NCBI GenBank assembly: GCA_021798195.1
Contig: JAJZYH010000004.1
Span: 8,095 to 72,094, forward strand
DNA length: 64,000 nucleotides
From: Thermoplasmata archaeon
GTDB taxonomy: Archaea > Thermoplasmatota > Thermoplasmata > Lutacidiplasmatales > UBA184
Direction of reading: 5' to 3'
The notes beneath the pieces were generated by a model. The model was not told where the DNA came from and did not search any database. It saw only the letters and a list, made by a program, of their open reading frames with translations. The position numbers and the translations under genes were made by a program. Of the stretch, positions 36,498 to 44,739 are shown in pieces; position 1 is the stretch's first letter, and every line of letters begins with the position of its first letter.

Positions 36498-38414
36498 ATG
36501 GTGGTCGGCCTGACACTTTCCAGGCTAGGGAAACGATATGTAGGAACGATTGCCGCAATCGCCTGTGCGCTCATTCTAATCACCGCTGCCAGTCTTGCGC
36601 TTACCCGGACCGCCCCGCCTCCGGCTCCTCCTGCTATAAAGCCGGTCGCCGCATTCGGACCGAAACTCCTTGTCCATGAGCCCGGAGGTCGTAGCGCCCT
36701 TGCCAACAACACCACCATCAACATTCAGATCTTTTCGGCTGTCCCGAACGCGTTTCGTTCAACCGGCCTCCTCTTCTATCCGGTTTCACCACAGGACCAG
36801 TGGACCAATGGGGTAAACGAAGAACTCCTCAATGCCACACTCTTCCCGGGCAACAACACGACGGCCTTCTTCCTCGCTCCATCATTCAATACGATCGCTC
36901 AGGAGTGGACCGTTCTTCTCTCCCACGACCAGGGAAGGAATTTCCCGTCCCTAACCGTTGAGGCCGTGAAAACGGTGAACATGAGCGGCAACCTCTACCT
37001 CTACCAGTATTACAACAATCTCCCTTACAACCCGTTTGATCTCAAGGTAGTCAACCTGAACCAAACGGACCTTGCATTAGGAGGCGCCAGTTGGTTTGAT
37101 GGCACCGGGGTCAATGTTACTGACTACTCTCAAATTATCATGGCAAACCTTGAACTTAACCTGACGCTGGAATTCCCGAGCCACCCGATTCAGGTGGTGC
37201 CCGTACCCCCACCAAACTCCTTTAGAAGCGCCCACCAGATCCCCGCTGAACGTGGCCCGGCAGGCTGTGCTGTGCAAGGCGAGAGTTGTATCTACGAGTA
37301 TTACTATACCTATCCGAGCGTGACTACCAACACGCTGGTCAAGACCACGTTCGCCAACGGAACGTTACCATTGCTGGGTGTTCACATAGGACGGAACGCC
37401 GAAGGGGGCGGGTCAGTGATTGCCCTGAGCGCTGATGTCAATGTGTTGAATGATACCATCGAATTGAATTCTGTCCAACCGTATGAGAACGCTTCCGGAC
37501 AAATCACCACCACAATGAGCACATCCCCCTCGTTCGCGCACGAAGCCAACGTGAGCGTGGGCCAGGCGAATAACCAGTTTGATGCCATTCCCACCGGAAT
37601 TTCCAAGGACCTCGGGAACAACAACTCGGTCTCCTTGAATCGGACGACTGCCATTGTAGGAATCCAGGGCGTGGAGTACGAATTCCAGCACTACAAACGG
37701 GAGACCTACAACTACGTGGATTACTGGGAGAGAATGTGTTGCCCGCGTCCCAACGGTGACTGGGGTTGCTTTACCTATTTGCTTTCACAGACCGTTTCCA
37801 CAGTATATGATGGGCAATACACGGATGGCGAGATTGTCCATGTCAACTCCACGGCCGGCCTAGCCCTCCAGGCGGGGTTCATATCAATCTGGGCCGCCTG
37901 GGTCATTCAGCACACCTTGGCGAACGCAAGCAACGGAAGCGTGACGCTCACTACAAGCGGGACGGGCTCGAGCTACGAAGCCTCGACCATCTGGGCCGAC
38001 ACAAACGGTTATCTAGACGCCTCCAATGCATACAGTCAAGCTGCAAATCTGCTGGGGACCTTCTCCACCGCGCTGGGCCTGGGGCTGGCCATTGTCGATG
38101 CCTCCGCCGCGTTGAATGGAGCGGACTTTGATGCCACAGAGCCGACCGTGGTCGCAGATAGTCTCTCCCTCATTGCGGACACGATTGGAATGGCGGCGTC
38201 CGTATTGAACGCCTTCTCCTCCATCAGTGCGTACACAGGAACGCAGTCGATCACCCTTGGCTACGGATTCAGTAATGTCCCCGAAGCAGGATCAGGATCG
38301 CCATACACAATGGCCTTCTTCGAGAGTCAGAGCCCCGTGAGCTTGAGCGTGAACGGAAACACTTACTCGTTCTTCGCCCCCGAGGACTTTTTGAATGCGA
38401 CGGCGATTGCGTGA
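36498..38414 (+). CDS. Low-GC secreted or membrane-anchored hypothetical protein (cargo, 638 aa)
   Basis: TTTAAA boxes at ~36444 and ~36462; N-terminal hydrophobic helix; many N-x-S/T sequons; Cys cluster; clearly lower GC than the host. Confidence 0.85.
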   Translation: MVVGLTLSRLGKRYVGTIAAIACALILITAASLALTRTAPPPAPPAIKPVAAFGPKLLVHEPGGRSALANNTTINIQIFSAVPNAFRSTGLLFYPVSPQDQWTNGVNEELLNATLFPGNNTTAFFLAPSFNTIAQEWTVLLSHDQGRNFPSLTVEAVKTVNMSGNLYLYQYYNNLPYNPFDLKVVNLNQTDLALGGASWFDGTGVNVTDYSQIIMANLELNLTLEFPSHPIQVVPVPPPNSFRSAHQIPAERGPAGCAVQGESCIYEYYYTYPSVTTNTLVKTTFANGTLPLLGVHIGRNAEGGGSVIALSADVNVLNDTIELNSVQPYENASGQITTTMSTSPSFAHEANVSVGQANNQFDAIPTGISKDLGNNNSVSLNRTTAIVGIQGVEYEFQHYKRETYNYVDYWERMCCPRPNGDWGCFTYLLSQTVSTVYDGQYTDGEIVHVNSTAGLALQAGFISIWAAWVIQHTLANASNGSVTLTTSGTGSSYEASTIWADTNGYLDASNAYSQAANLLGTFSTALGLGLAIVDASAALNGADFDATEPTVVADSLSLIADTIGMAASVLNAFSSISAYTGTQSITLGYGFSNVPEAGSGSPYTMAFFESQSPVSLSVNGNTYSFFAPEDFLNATAIA

Positions 38415-38544
38415 TATGAAGGGGAAGTGAGCCTTTAGCCCTGCGGCTACTTCCCCCGGGCCCATCTTCGACAAAGCGGCCGGTGCCTTCTCGGAGAACG
38501 TGAGTTGTAGGCACGCCTTGACAAGATTGTGGACACACTCACGT

Positions 38545-38879
38545 CCTGGATTCCGTGAGACCTACACCACAGGCAGGTAGCGGGTAGCGCCGAGGGCGGT
38601 GAGGACCTCCTCCTGCTTGCCGGAGAGACGGGGCACCCCTTCCCGGATCGATTTCCCCGCGCTCGACCTCACCCACGGCACATTCTCGAGGAGCCGCAGT
38701 GCTTCGGAGAGGCTTTTCTCGGGGAGTTTCCGCTTCAGGGTCCGCTCCGTCCAGCTCCAGAGCAGCCAGGCCGTGTAGAGGACCGTCGCGCTCGCGTACA
38801 TCCGGTCCAACCGGTGCTTCCGGACCGGCTCGAGGTGGAGTTCCCCCTTGCCCGTTCGGAAGACCTTCTCGATCCCCTC
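38545..38879 (-). pseudogene. 3' remnant of an IS1634-family transposase and its end
   Basis: Translation EGIEKVFRTGKGELHLEPVRKHRLDRMYASATVLYTAWLL...KQEEVLTALG; CCTGGATTCCG terminus-like sequence just past the stop. Confidence 0.7.
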
Positions 38880-39218
38880 GGGCGAGGGACGGGATGGCCG
38901 TGGCGGGCGAGTTGGGCGTAGAAGGCATGGAGGAGTTGGTCGTCGTGCAGGGCCAATACCTTCCGCTCGAGTGCGGTGCGTTTCTCCGAGGTGAGGATGT
39001 CGAGACGGCCAAGGTAGAGTTCGGTCCGGTTTCGCACGCGGGATCCGTCGCGAAAAGCTCTGGCGACAACCCAGTAATCATGGCCGCGGTTAGGGCAAAT
39101 CTCGAGGAACATGGTACCGGGACAAATGCTCTGGCGACATACCCTCCATTTCGGGTCACCACCGTCGAGATGGCAAGGACTGGCTGGTCCGGCGGCAACC
39201 CCTCGTTTGAAGCTATAG
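38880..39218. repeat. 339-bp direct repeat, copy 2 (truncated IS: TIR plus 5' part of orfA)
   Basis: Matches 36079-36417; ends in the TIR followed by the target duplication. Confidence 0.92.
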
Positions 39219-39306
39219 CGACGCATCGGCATCCCCCCCGCAAACTCTTTTATAGCGTCCCCCGTGTGGAACGTGCTACTTCACTCGTGAAGTGGAGGCG
39301 TTCTAC

Positions 39307-39975
39307 ATGCAAAGTGCAATCTCCCTGCCTTCCGCCGTGACCCACCCGGACGAACTCCTCAAGGGAACCACCACGGTGGGCATGGTCTGCAAGGACGGGG
39401 TGGTCATGGCCACCGAGCGCCGGGCCACCGCGGGGACGTTCATCGCCAACAAATCCACCTTCAAGCTGTTCAAGATCGACAACCATCTGGGGATGACCAT
39501 CGCGGGGCTCGTGGGGGATGCCCAGACCCTGGTCCGGTACGCACGGGCGGAGGTCGCCCTGTACCGGCTCCGGCGCAACGCACCCATCAGCGTGGAGGGG
39601 GCCGCCTCGCTCCTCGCCAACATCCTCAACGGGAACCGCTACATGCCGTACTACGCCTGGCTCATCCTGGGCGGCGTGGACATGAAGGGAAGCCACGTCT
39701 ACTCCATCGACCCGGCGGGGGGCAGCATCGAGGACAAGTATGTGTCGGTGGGCAGCGGGTCCAGTTTCGCCTACGGCGTCCTCGAGGAGGCCTACGAGCC
39801 GGACCTCACGCTGAACGAAGGCGTGGACGTCGCCCTCCGGGCGCTCACCGTGGCCATGAAGCGGGATTCCGCGAGCGGCGACGGCTACCTCGTGGCCACC
39901 ATCTCCGAGAAGGAGTACAAGGATTTCACCGAAGAGGACATCAAGCGCCGCCTGAGCAAACTCAAGATCGCCTGA
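39307..39975 (+). CDS. psmB: Proteasome beta subunit
   Basis: KG|TTTVG autoprocessing site, AGLVGDAQ, GSGS, RDSASG. Confidence 0.96.
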   Translation: MQSAISLPSAVTHPDELLKGTTTVGMVCKDGVVMATERRATAGTFIANKSTFKLFKIDNHLGMTIAGLVGDAQTLVRYARAEVALYRLRRNAPISVEGAASLLANILNGNRYMPYYAWLILGGVDMKGSHVYSIDPAGGSIEDKYVSVGSGSSFAYGVLEEAYEPDLTLNEGVDVALRALTVAMKRDSASGDGYLVATISEKEYKDFTEEDIKRRLSKLKIA

Positions 39976-40049
39976 ACGCGAACCGTTTCCCGGGAGCCCC
40001 TGCCCGCAATGGGAAGGGGGCCCCAACCCGTTCTTCCCCCTCTCTCTCA

Positions 40050-41954
40050 ATGAGCTTCGAAAGCCTGATGGAACAGACGCGGGAGGTCCTCAAGGAGGTC
40101 CTCCCCGAAGGGATCGAGGTCACGGACATCGAGCTGGAAGGCCCCCACGTGGTCATCTACACGAAGCAATTGGACGCGTTCCTCTCCGGCGGGGAGCTCC
40201 TGCGCCAGGTGGCCCAGCGGCTCCACCGGCGGGTCCTCGTCCGCTCCGACCCCGGGTCCCTCGTGGACCCCAAGCAGGCGGAGGCGGTGATCCGGGAGCT
40301 GGTCCCCGCCGGGGCGGAGATCTCCCACATCTATTTCGAGCCCGAGACGGGGGAGGTGAGCATCGAGGCGGCGAACCCCGGGGCGGCCATCGGGCGCCAG
40401 GCCTCGGTCCTCAACGAGATCAAACGGCAGATCGGCTGGGTCCCCACGGTGGTCCGGACCCCTCCCATCCCCTCGAAGACCGTGGAGGAGGTGCGGACCT
40501 ACATGCGCACCGTCTTCGATGAGAGGCGGAAGTTCCTGAAGAAGGTGGGGACCCGGATCGCCCGGGACCGCCTTCCGGACAAGATCTGGGCCCGGAGCAC
40601 CGCCCTCGGGGGGTACCGGGAGGTGGGGCGGAGCGCCCACCTCCTCACCACCCAGAACTCGAAGATCCTCATCGACTGCGGCATCGACCCCGGCTCCGAC
40701 CGGACCCCGTTCTTCAATGCCCCCGAGGCGATGCCCCTCGAGAACCTGGACGCCGTGGTGGTGACCCACGCGCACCTGGACCACTGCGGCCTGGTCCCCA
40801 CCCTCATCAAGTACGGCTACACGGGGCCCGTCTACTGCACCGCCCCCACGAGGGACCTCATGGCCCTCATGCTCCTCGACGCCATCAAGGTCTCCAACCA
40901 GGAGGCGCGGCGGGGGCTCTACGACTCGTCCCATGTCCGGGAGCTCGTCGCCCACACGGTCCCCCTGCGGTGGGGGGAGACCACGGACATCGCCCCCGAC
41001 GTGCGCCTCACCCTCCACAACGCAGGGCACATCCTGGGTTCCTCCATCTGTCACTTCCACCTGGGGGACGGGGATTACAACATGGCCTATTCCGGGGACA
41101 TCAAGTTCGAGCGCACGTGGCTGTTCAATCCGGCCACCAACCGGTTCCCCCGCCTGGAGACGCTGGTGATGGAGTCCACCTACGGGGGGTACCGGGACAC
41201 CCAGCTCAGCCGGACCGCGGCGGCCGAGGAGCTGGGCCATTTCGTGGAGAAGGTGCTCACCCGTCGGGGGCACGTCCTCGTCCCGGTCTTCGCCGTGGGG
41301 CGGAGCCAGGAGGTCATGCTGGTCCTGGAGGAGAAGATGCGGGAGGGGAAGATCCCCAAGGTCCCCATCTACCTGGACGGGATGATCTTCGAGGCGACCG
41401 CGATCCACACCGCCTACCCGGAGTACCTCAACAGCCAGCTCCGGACCCAGATCTTCCAGCAGGGCGACAACCCGTTCCTCTCGGACATATTCCAGCGGGT
41501 GGACTCCAACCAGAAGCGCATGGGGATCATCGACGACCGGAACCCGTCCATCGTCCTCGCCACCAGCGGCATGATGAGCGGCGGCCCGGTGATGGAGTAC
41601 TTCCGTGCGTGGGCGCCGGACGAGCTCAACGGGATGGCCTTCGCGGGATACCAGGCCGAGGGCACCTTCGGCCGGAGGCTCCAGCGGGGGCTCCACGAGG
41701 CCACGCTCATGGACCAGGGTCGGACGGTCACCGTGCCGGTGAAGATGGAGATCACCAACTGCGAGGGGTTCAGCGGGCACTCGGACCGGGTGCAGCTCAT
41801 GAACTACGTGGCCACCCTGGAGCCCCGCCCCCAGAGGGTCCTCCTTTGCCACGGCGAGGAGAGCAAGTCCCTGGACCTCGCGTCGAGCCTGCACAAGCGC
41901 TTCGGCCTGGAGACCCGGGCCCCCTACAACCTTGAAACCGTCCGGATGATCTAG
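40050..41954 (+). CDS. aCPSF1/FttA beta-CASP ribonuclease with KH domains
   Basis: GGYREVGRS, THAHLDH, AGHILGS, MESTYGG, FSGHSDR; conserved position after psmB. Confidence 0.96.
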   Translation: MSFESLMEQTREVLKEVLPEGIEVTDIELEGPHVVIYTKQLDAFLSGGELLRQVAQRLHRRVLVRSDPGSLVDPKQAEAVIRELVPAGAEISHIYFEPETGEVSIEAANPGAAIGRQASVLNEIKRQIGWVPTVVRTPPIPSKTVEEVRTYMRTVFDERRKFLKKVGTRIARDRLPDKIWARSTALGGYREVGRSAHLLTTQNSKILIDCGIDPGSDRTPFFNAPEAMPLENLDAVVVTHAHLDHCGLVPTLIKYGYTGPVYCTAPTRDLMALMLLDAIKVSNQEARRGLYDSSHVRELVAHTVPLRWGETTDIAPDVRLTLHNAGHILGSSICHFHLGDGDYNMAYSGDIKFERTWLFNPATNRFPRLETLVMESTYGGYRDTQLSRTAAAEELGHFVEKVLTRRGHVLVPVFAVGRSQEVMLVLEEKMREGKIPKVPIYLDGMIFEATAIHTAYPEYLNSQLRTQIFQQGDNPFLSDIFQRVDSNQKRMGIIDDRNPSIVLATSGMMSGGPVMEYFRAWAPDELNGMAFAGYQAEGTFGRRLQRGLHEATLMDQGRTVTVPVKMEITNCEGFSGHSDRVQLMNYVATLEPRPQRVLLCHGEESKSLDLASSLHKRFGLETRAPYNLETVRMI

Positions 41955-41965
41955 GGGCCTCCCCC

Positions 41966-43510
41966 ATGGCGCTCCCCCGGACCTTGGTGGTGGGGTTCGA
42001 CGGGGGGACCTGGGACCTCCTGGATCCCTTGCTCTCTGCCGGCTGGCTCCCCAACCTCCGCCGGTTCCTCGCGGGGGCGCTCCGGGCCGGGTTGAGGTCC
42101 GTGGACCCCCCCGTCACGATCCCGGCGTGGTACAGCGCCATGACGGGGCTCTCGCCGGGGCAGATGGACATCTGGGGGTTCGCGAAGCCCACTCACACCC
42201 CAGGGGAGCTCCAGTTGGTCCGCACCTACCGGCCCCACGAGGCGATCTGGGACATCCTGGGACGCCGGGGCTGGCGCATCGGGGTGGTGAACTTCCCGGC
42301 GGTCCCCGCCCCGCCGGTCCATGGATACTTCGTGAGCGGCATGGTGGGGGGCACTCCCGAGGAGATGGTCTACCCCCCTGCGCTCCGGAGCGAGCTCGGC
42401 TCTCCCGTCAACCCCTGGCACCACGACCTATTCCGGACGAGGGGGGACGGGCTGCGGGCGGCCCTCGCCGAGGCCATGGAGTCGATGGCCCAGAAGGCCC
42501 GTTTCGTGGAGGGCCGGGAATCCTCCGATCCCTCCGATCTCCTCTTCGTCCTGTTCAGCGAGACCGATCGCATCCAGCACAATTTCCTCCACTCGCTCCG
42601 GCACCCTGCTCCGGAGGATCTCCGGGACGTGCGCGCTTTCTGGGGAACCCTGGATGACGCATTCGGGCGGGTCCTCGCCGCCTTCCACGGGAAAGGCTCC
42701 TCCCCGGGGTACACCTGGCTCCTCTCCGACCACGGGTTCGGACCCGCGGAAGGGTACGTGTTCACCAACCGGTACCTCATCCGGGAGGGGTACCTCGTGA
42801 AGGGCGCGTCCGCCCCCTTCCGGTGGCGCCCCTTCGTGTCGGACGTCGCGGCCCGCGTGGATGCGCTGATCCCCCTCGCCCCCTTCGTGCGCCCCAAAAG
42901 GGCGGGGGCCAGCCGGCCCCTCCCGGGGGGGTCCCTCCAGGACGGCGACGGGACGGACCAGACCTTCTCCTGGTACAGCCGATTTGTGGATTGGTCCCGG
43001 ACCCGGGCGGTGAGCTTCCCCGTCCCCGAGGCGATCTACGCGAACCACTACCGGGGGGAGATGACTCCGGAATCCCTCCGGTCCCTGCGGAAGGATCTCG
43101 CGCGGTCCTTCGCCCGATTTCCGGGAGGCGCCATCGAAGCGGTGGATCCCTCGCGCCTCTACGGGGTGGACCTGGGGCCCATGTCCCCGCTCCTCCTCCT
43201 GTCCTCCCACGGAGGGGCGTGGGAGGTGCGCGGGGACATGAACCATCTCTTCCCCCGGCTCCCCCGGCGCCCCAGCTATTTCGAGCGGGAGGGGACCCAC
43301 CGCCCCGTGGGCATCTTCGCGGTGGCGGGTCCGGGGATCCCACCGGGAACCCGATCCGAGCCCTTCCCACTCCTCGGGGTCTTCCCCCTCATCCTTTCCG
43401 CGCTGGGCGTGCGCCCCCCCGGAGCGGGAGGCGCGCCGGTCCCGGGAGATTGGGCGAAGCTCTTCCCGGTACAACCCTCGGGCCGCGGGGAAAGCCCGGG
43501 AGGCATGTGA
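41966..43510 (+). CDS. AlkP-superfamily nucleotide pyrophosphatase/phosphodiesterase
   Basis: VGFDGG, SVDPPVTIPAW, TDRIQH, LSDHGF, GTHRPVG. Confidence 0.88.
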   Translation: MALPRTLVVGFDGGTWDLLDPLLSAGWLPNLRRFLAGALRAGLRSVDPPVTIPAWYSAMTGLSPGQMDIWGFAKPTHTPGELQLVRTYRPHEAIWDILGRRGWRIGVVNFPAVPAPPVHGYFVSGMVGGTPEEMVYPPALRSELGSPVNPWHHDLFRTRGDGLRAALAEAMESMAQKARFVEGRESSDPSDLLFVLFSETDRIQHNFLHSLRHPAPEDLRDVRAFWGTLDDAFGRVLAAFHGKGSSPGYTWLLSDHGFGPAEGYVFTNRYLIREGYLVKGASAPFRWRPFVSDVAARVDALIPLAPFVRPKRAGASRPLPGGSLQDGDGTDQTFSWYSRFVDWSRTRAVSFPVPEAIYANHYRGEMTPESLRSLRKDLARSFARFPGGAIEAVDPSRLYGVDLGPMSPLLLLSSHGGAWEVRGDMNHLFPRLPRRPSYFEREGTHRPVGIFAVAGPGIPPGTRSEPFPLLGVFPLILSALGVRPPGAGGAPVPGDWAKLFPVQPSGRGESPGGM

Positions 43511-43515
43511 GCCCC

Positions 43516-44739
43516 ATGGAGAGCCTCCGGTTCGCATTCATCTCCTCCCACCATCCCTCTGAAGGCGGTCAGGGGCTTGCCCACGTGGTCTCCTCGCTCT
43601 CGCAGGTCCTGGCGGGTCGGGGCCATCAGGTGACGGTCCTCTATCCGGTGTACACGCGGTCCAAGGATGCTCCGCGGGAAGAGCTCTGGAACGGGATCCG
43701 TTCCGTGCCCGTACCCTGGCACCGATTCGGGAGGCTCCCGTTCGGGAGGGACATCGAGTTCTCCTGGAATGCCGCACGGAGGCTGGATGGAGATCTCGAC
43801 ATCGTGGTGGTGAACAACGAGCACGGAGGACGCTTCGTGGTCCGCCGTTGCGAAACCCTCCGGAACGGCTCCAAGGCACGGCGGCCCGTGACCCTCATGG
43901 TCTTCCACGGGGTGGCACTCCGTTTCCTCGAGATGGGGCGCACCGATCGGCCGGACCGGCTCCGGGCGCGCCTGGGATATCGGGCCGACGCCGTCGCCTT
44001 GCGGTGGCTCGAGGGGGGCGCCGCCCGCCGCGCAGACGCCTGCGTGGCCTGCTCCCGCAAGGTGGCGCACGATGTGGCGACCCTCTACGGGGTCCCGGCA
44101 TCCCGGATCTCCGTGATCTACAACGGGGTGGACCCCACTCCGGAGCGGACACCTCCGGAGAAGAAGGAGGCCCGGGAGGAGTTGGGGATCCGCGACGAGG
44201 AGTTCTGCCTGTCCTTCCTGGCGAGGGACCCGCGGCGGAAGGGGTTCGATGTGGCCGTGGCCACCGTCCGGCTCCTGAGGGAGCGGGGGGTCCCGGCCAC
44301 GCTCCTCAACGTGGGGAACACGTGCCCGGGCTCGCCGGAGGTACGGAGCCTGGGCTCCCTCGACGCCCGAGGGAAGAGGCAGGCCCTCGCGGCCAGCGAC
44401 GTGTTCTTCCTTCCCACGTGGTACGAGGGCCTCCCGCTGGCGATCCAGGAGGCCGCCGCCATGGGGATCCCGGTGGTGACCACGCCGGAGGCGAACCTGG
44501 AGTGGGGCGTGGCGGGTCGGGATTACCTGGTGAACTCGCCCAACCGCCCCGAGGTCCATGCCGAGGCGCTCGCGTCCCTCTACCGGGAGCCGGAGCGGAG
44601 GGAGGCGATGGGCCTCAGGGGCCGGGAGACGCTGGGGGTACGCCCGTATTCTCTCCAGGCCCAGGAGTACGAGGAGTTGGGCCGGCGGATCCTGGGCGCT
44701 CCCCGGGGACGGGCCGCCGCCCTCTTCGGGTCCGGATGA
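43516..44739 (+). CDS. GT4 glycosyltransferase
   Basis: VIYNGVD, RRKGFD, PTWYEGLPLAIQEAAAMGIPVV. Confidence 0.9.
   Translation: MESLRFAFISSHHPSEGGQGLAHVVSSLSQVLAGRGHQVTVLYPVYTRSKDAPREELWNGIRSVPVPWHRFGRLPFGRDIEFSWNAARRLDGDLDIVVVNNEHGGRFVVRRCETLRNGSKARRPVTLMVFHGVALRFLEMGRTDRPDRLRARLGYRADAVALRWLEGGAARRADACVACSRKVAHDVATLYGVPASRISVIYNGVDPTPERTPPEKKEAREELGIRDEEFCLSFLARDPRRKGFDVAVATVRLLRERGVPATLLNVGNTCPGSPEVRSLGSLDARGKRQALAASDVFFLPTWYEGLPLAIQEAAAMGIPVVTTPEANLEWGVAGRDYLVNSPNRPEVHAEALASLYREPERREAMGLRGRETLGVRPYSLQAQEYEELGRRILGAPRGRAAALFGSG

Larger units (their letters stand above)
34094..39218. mobile_element. Composite transposon-like unit flanked by 8-bp target duplication CGACGCAT
   Basis: CGACGCAT at 34086-34093 and 39219-39226, each directly abutting an outer CTATAGCTTCAAACGAG inverted repeat. 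Confidence 0.85.
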
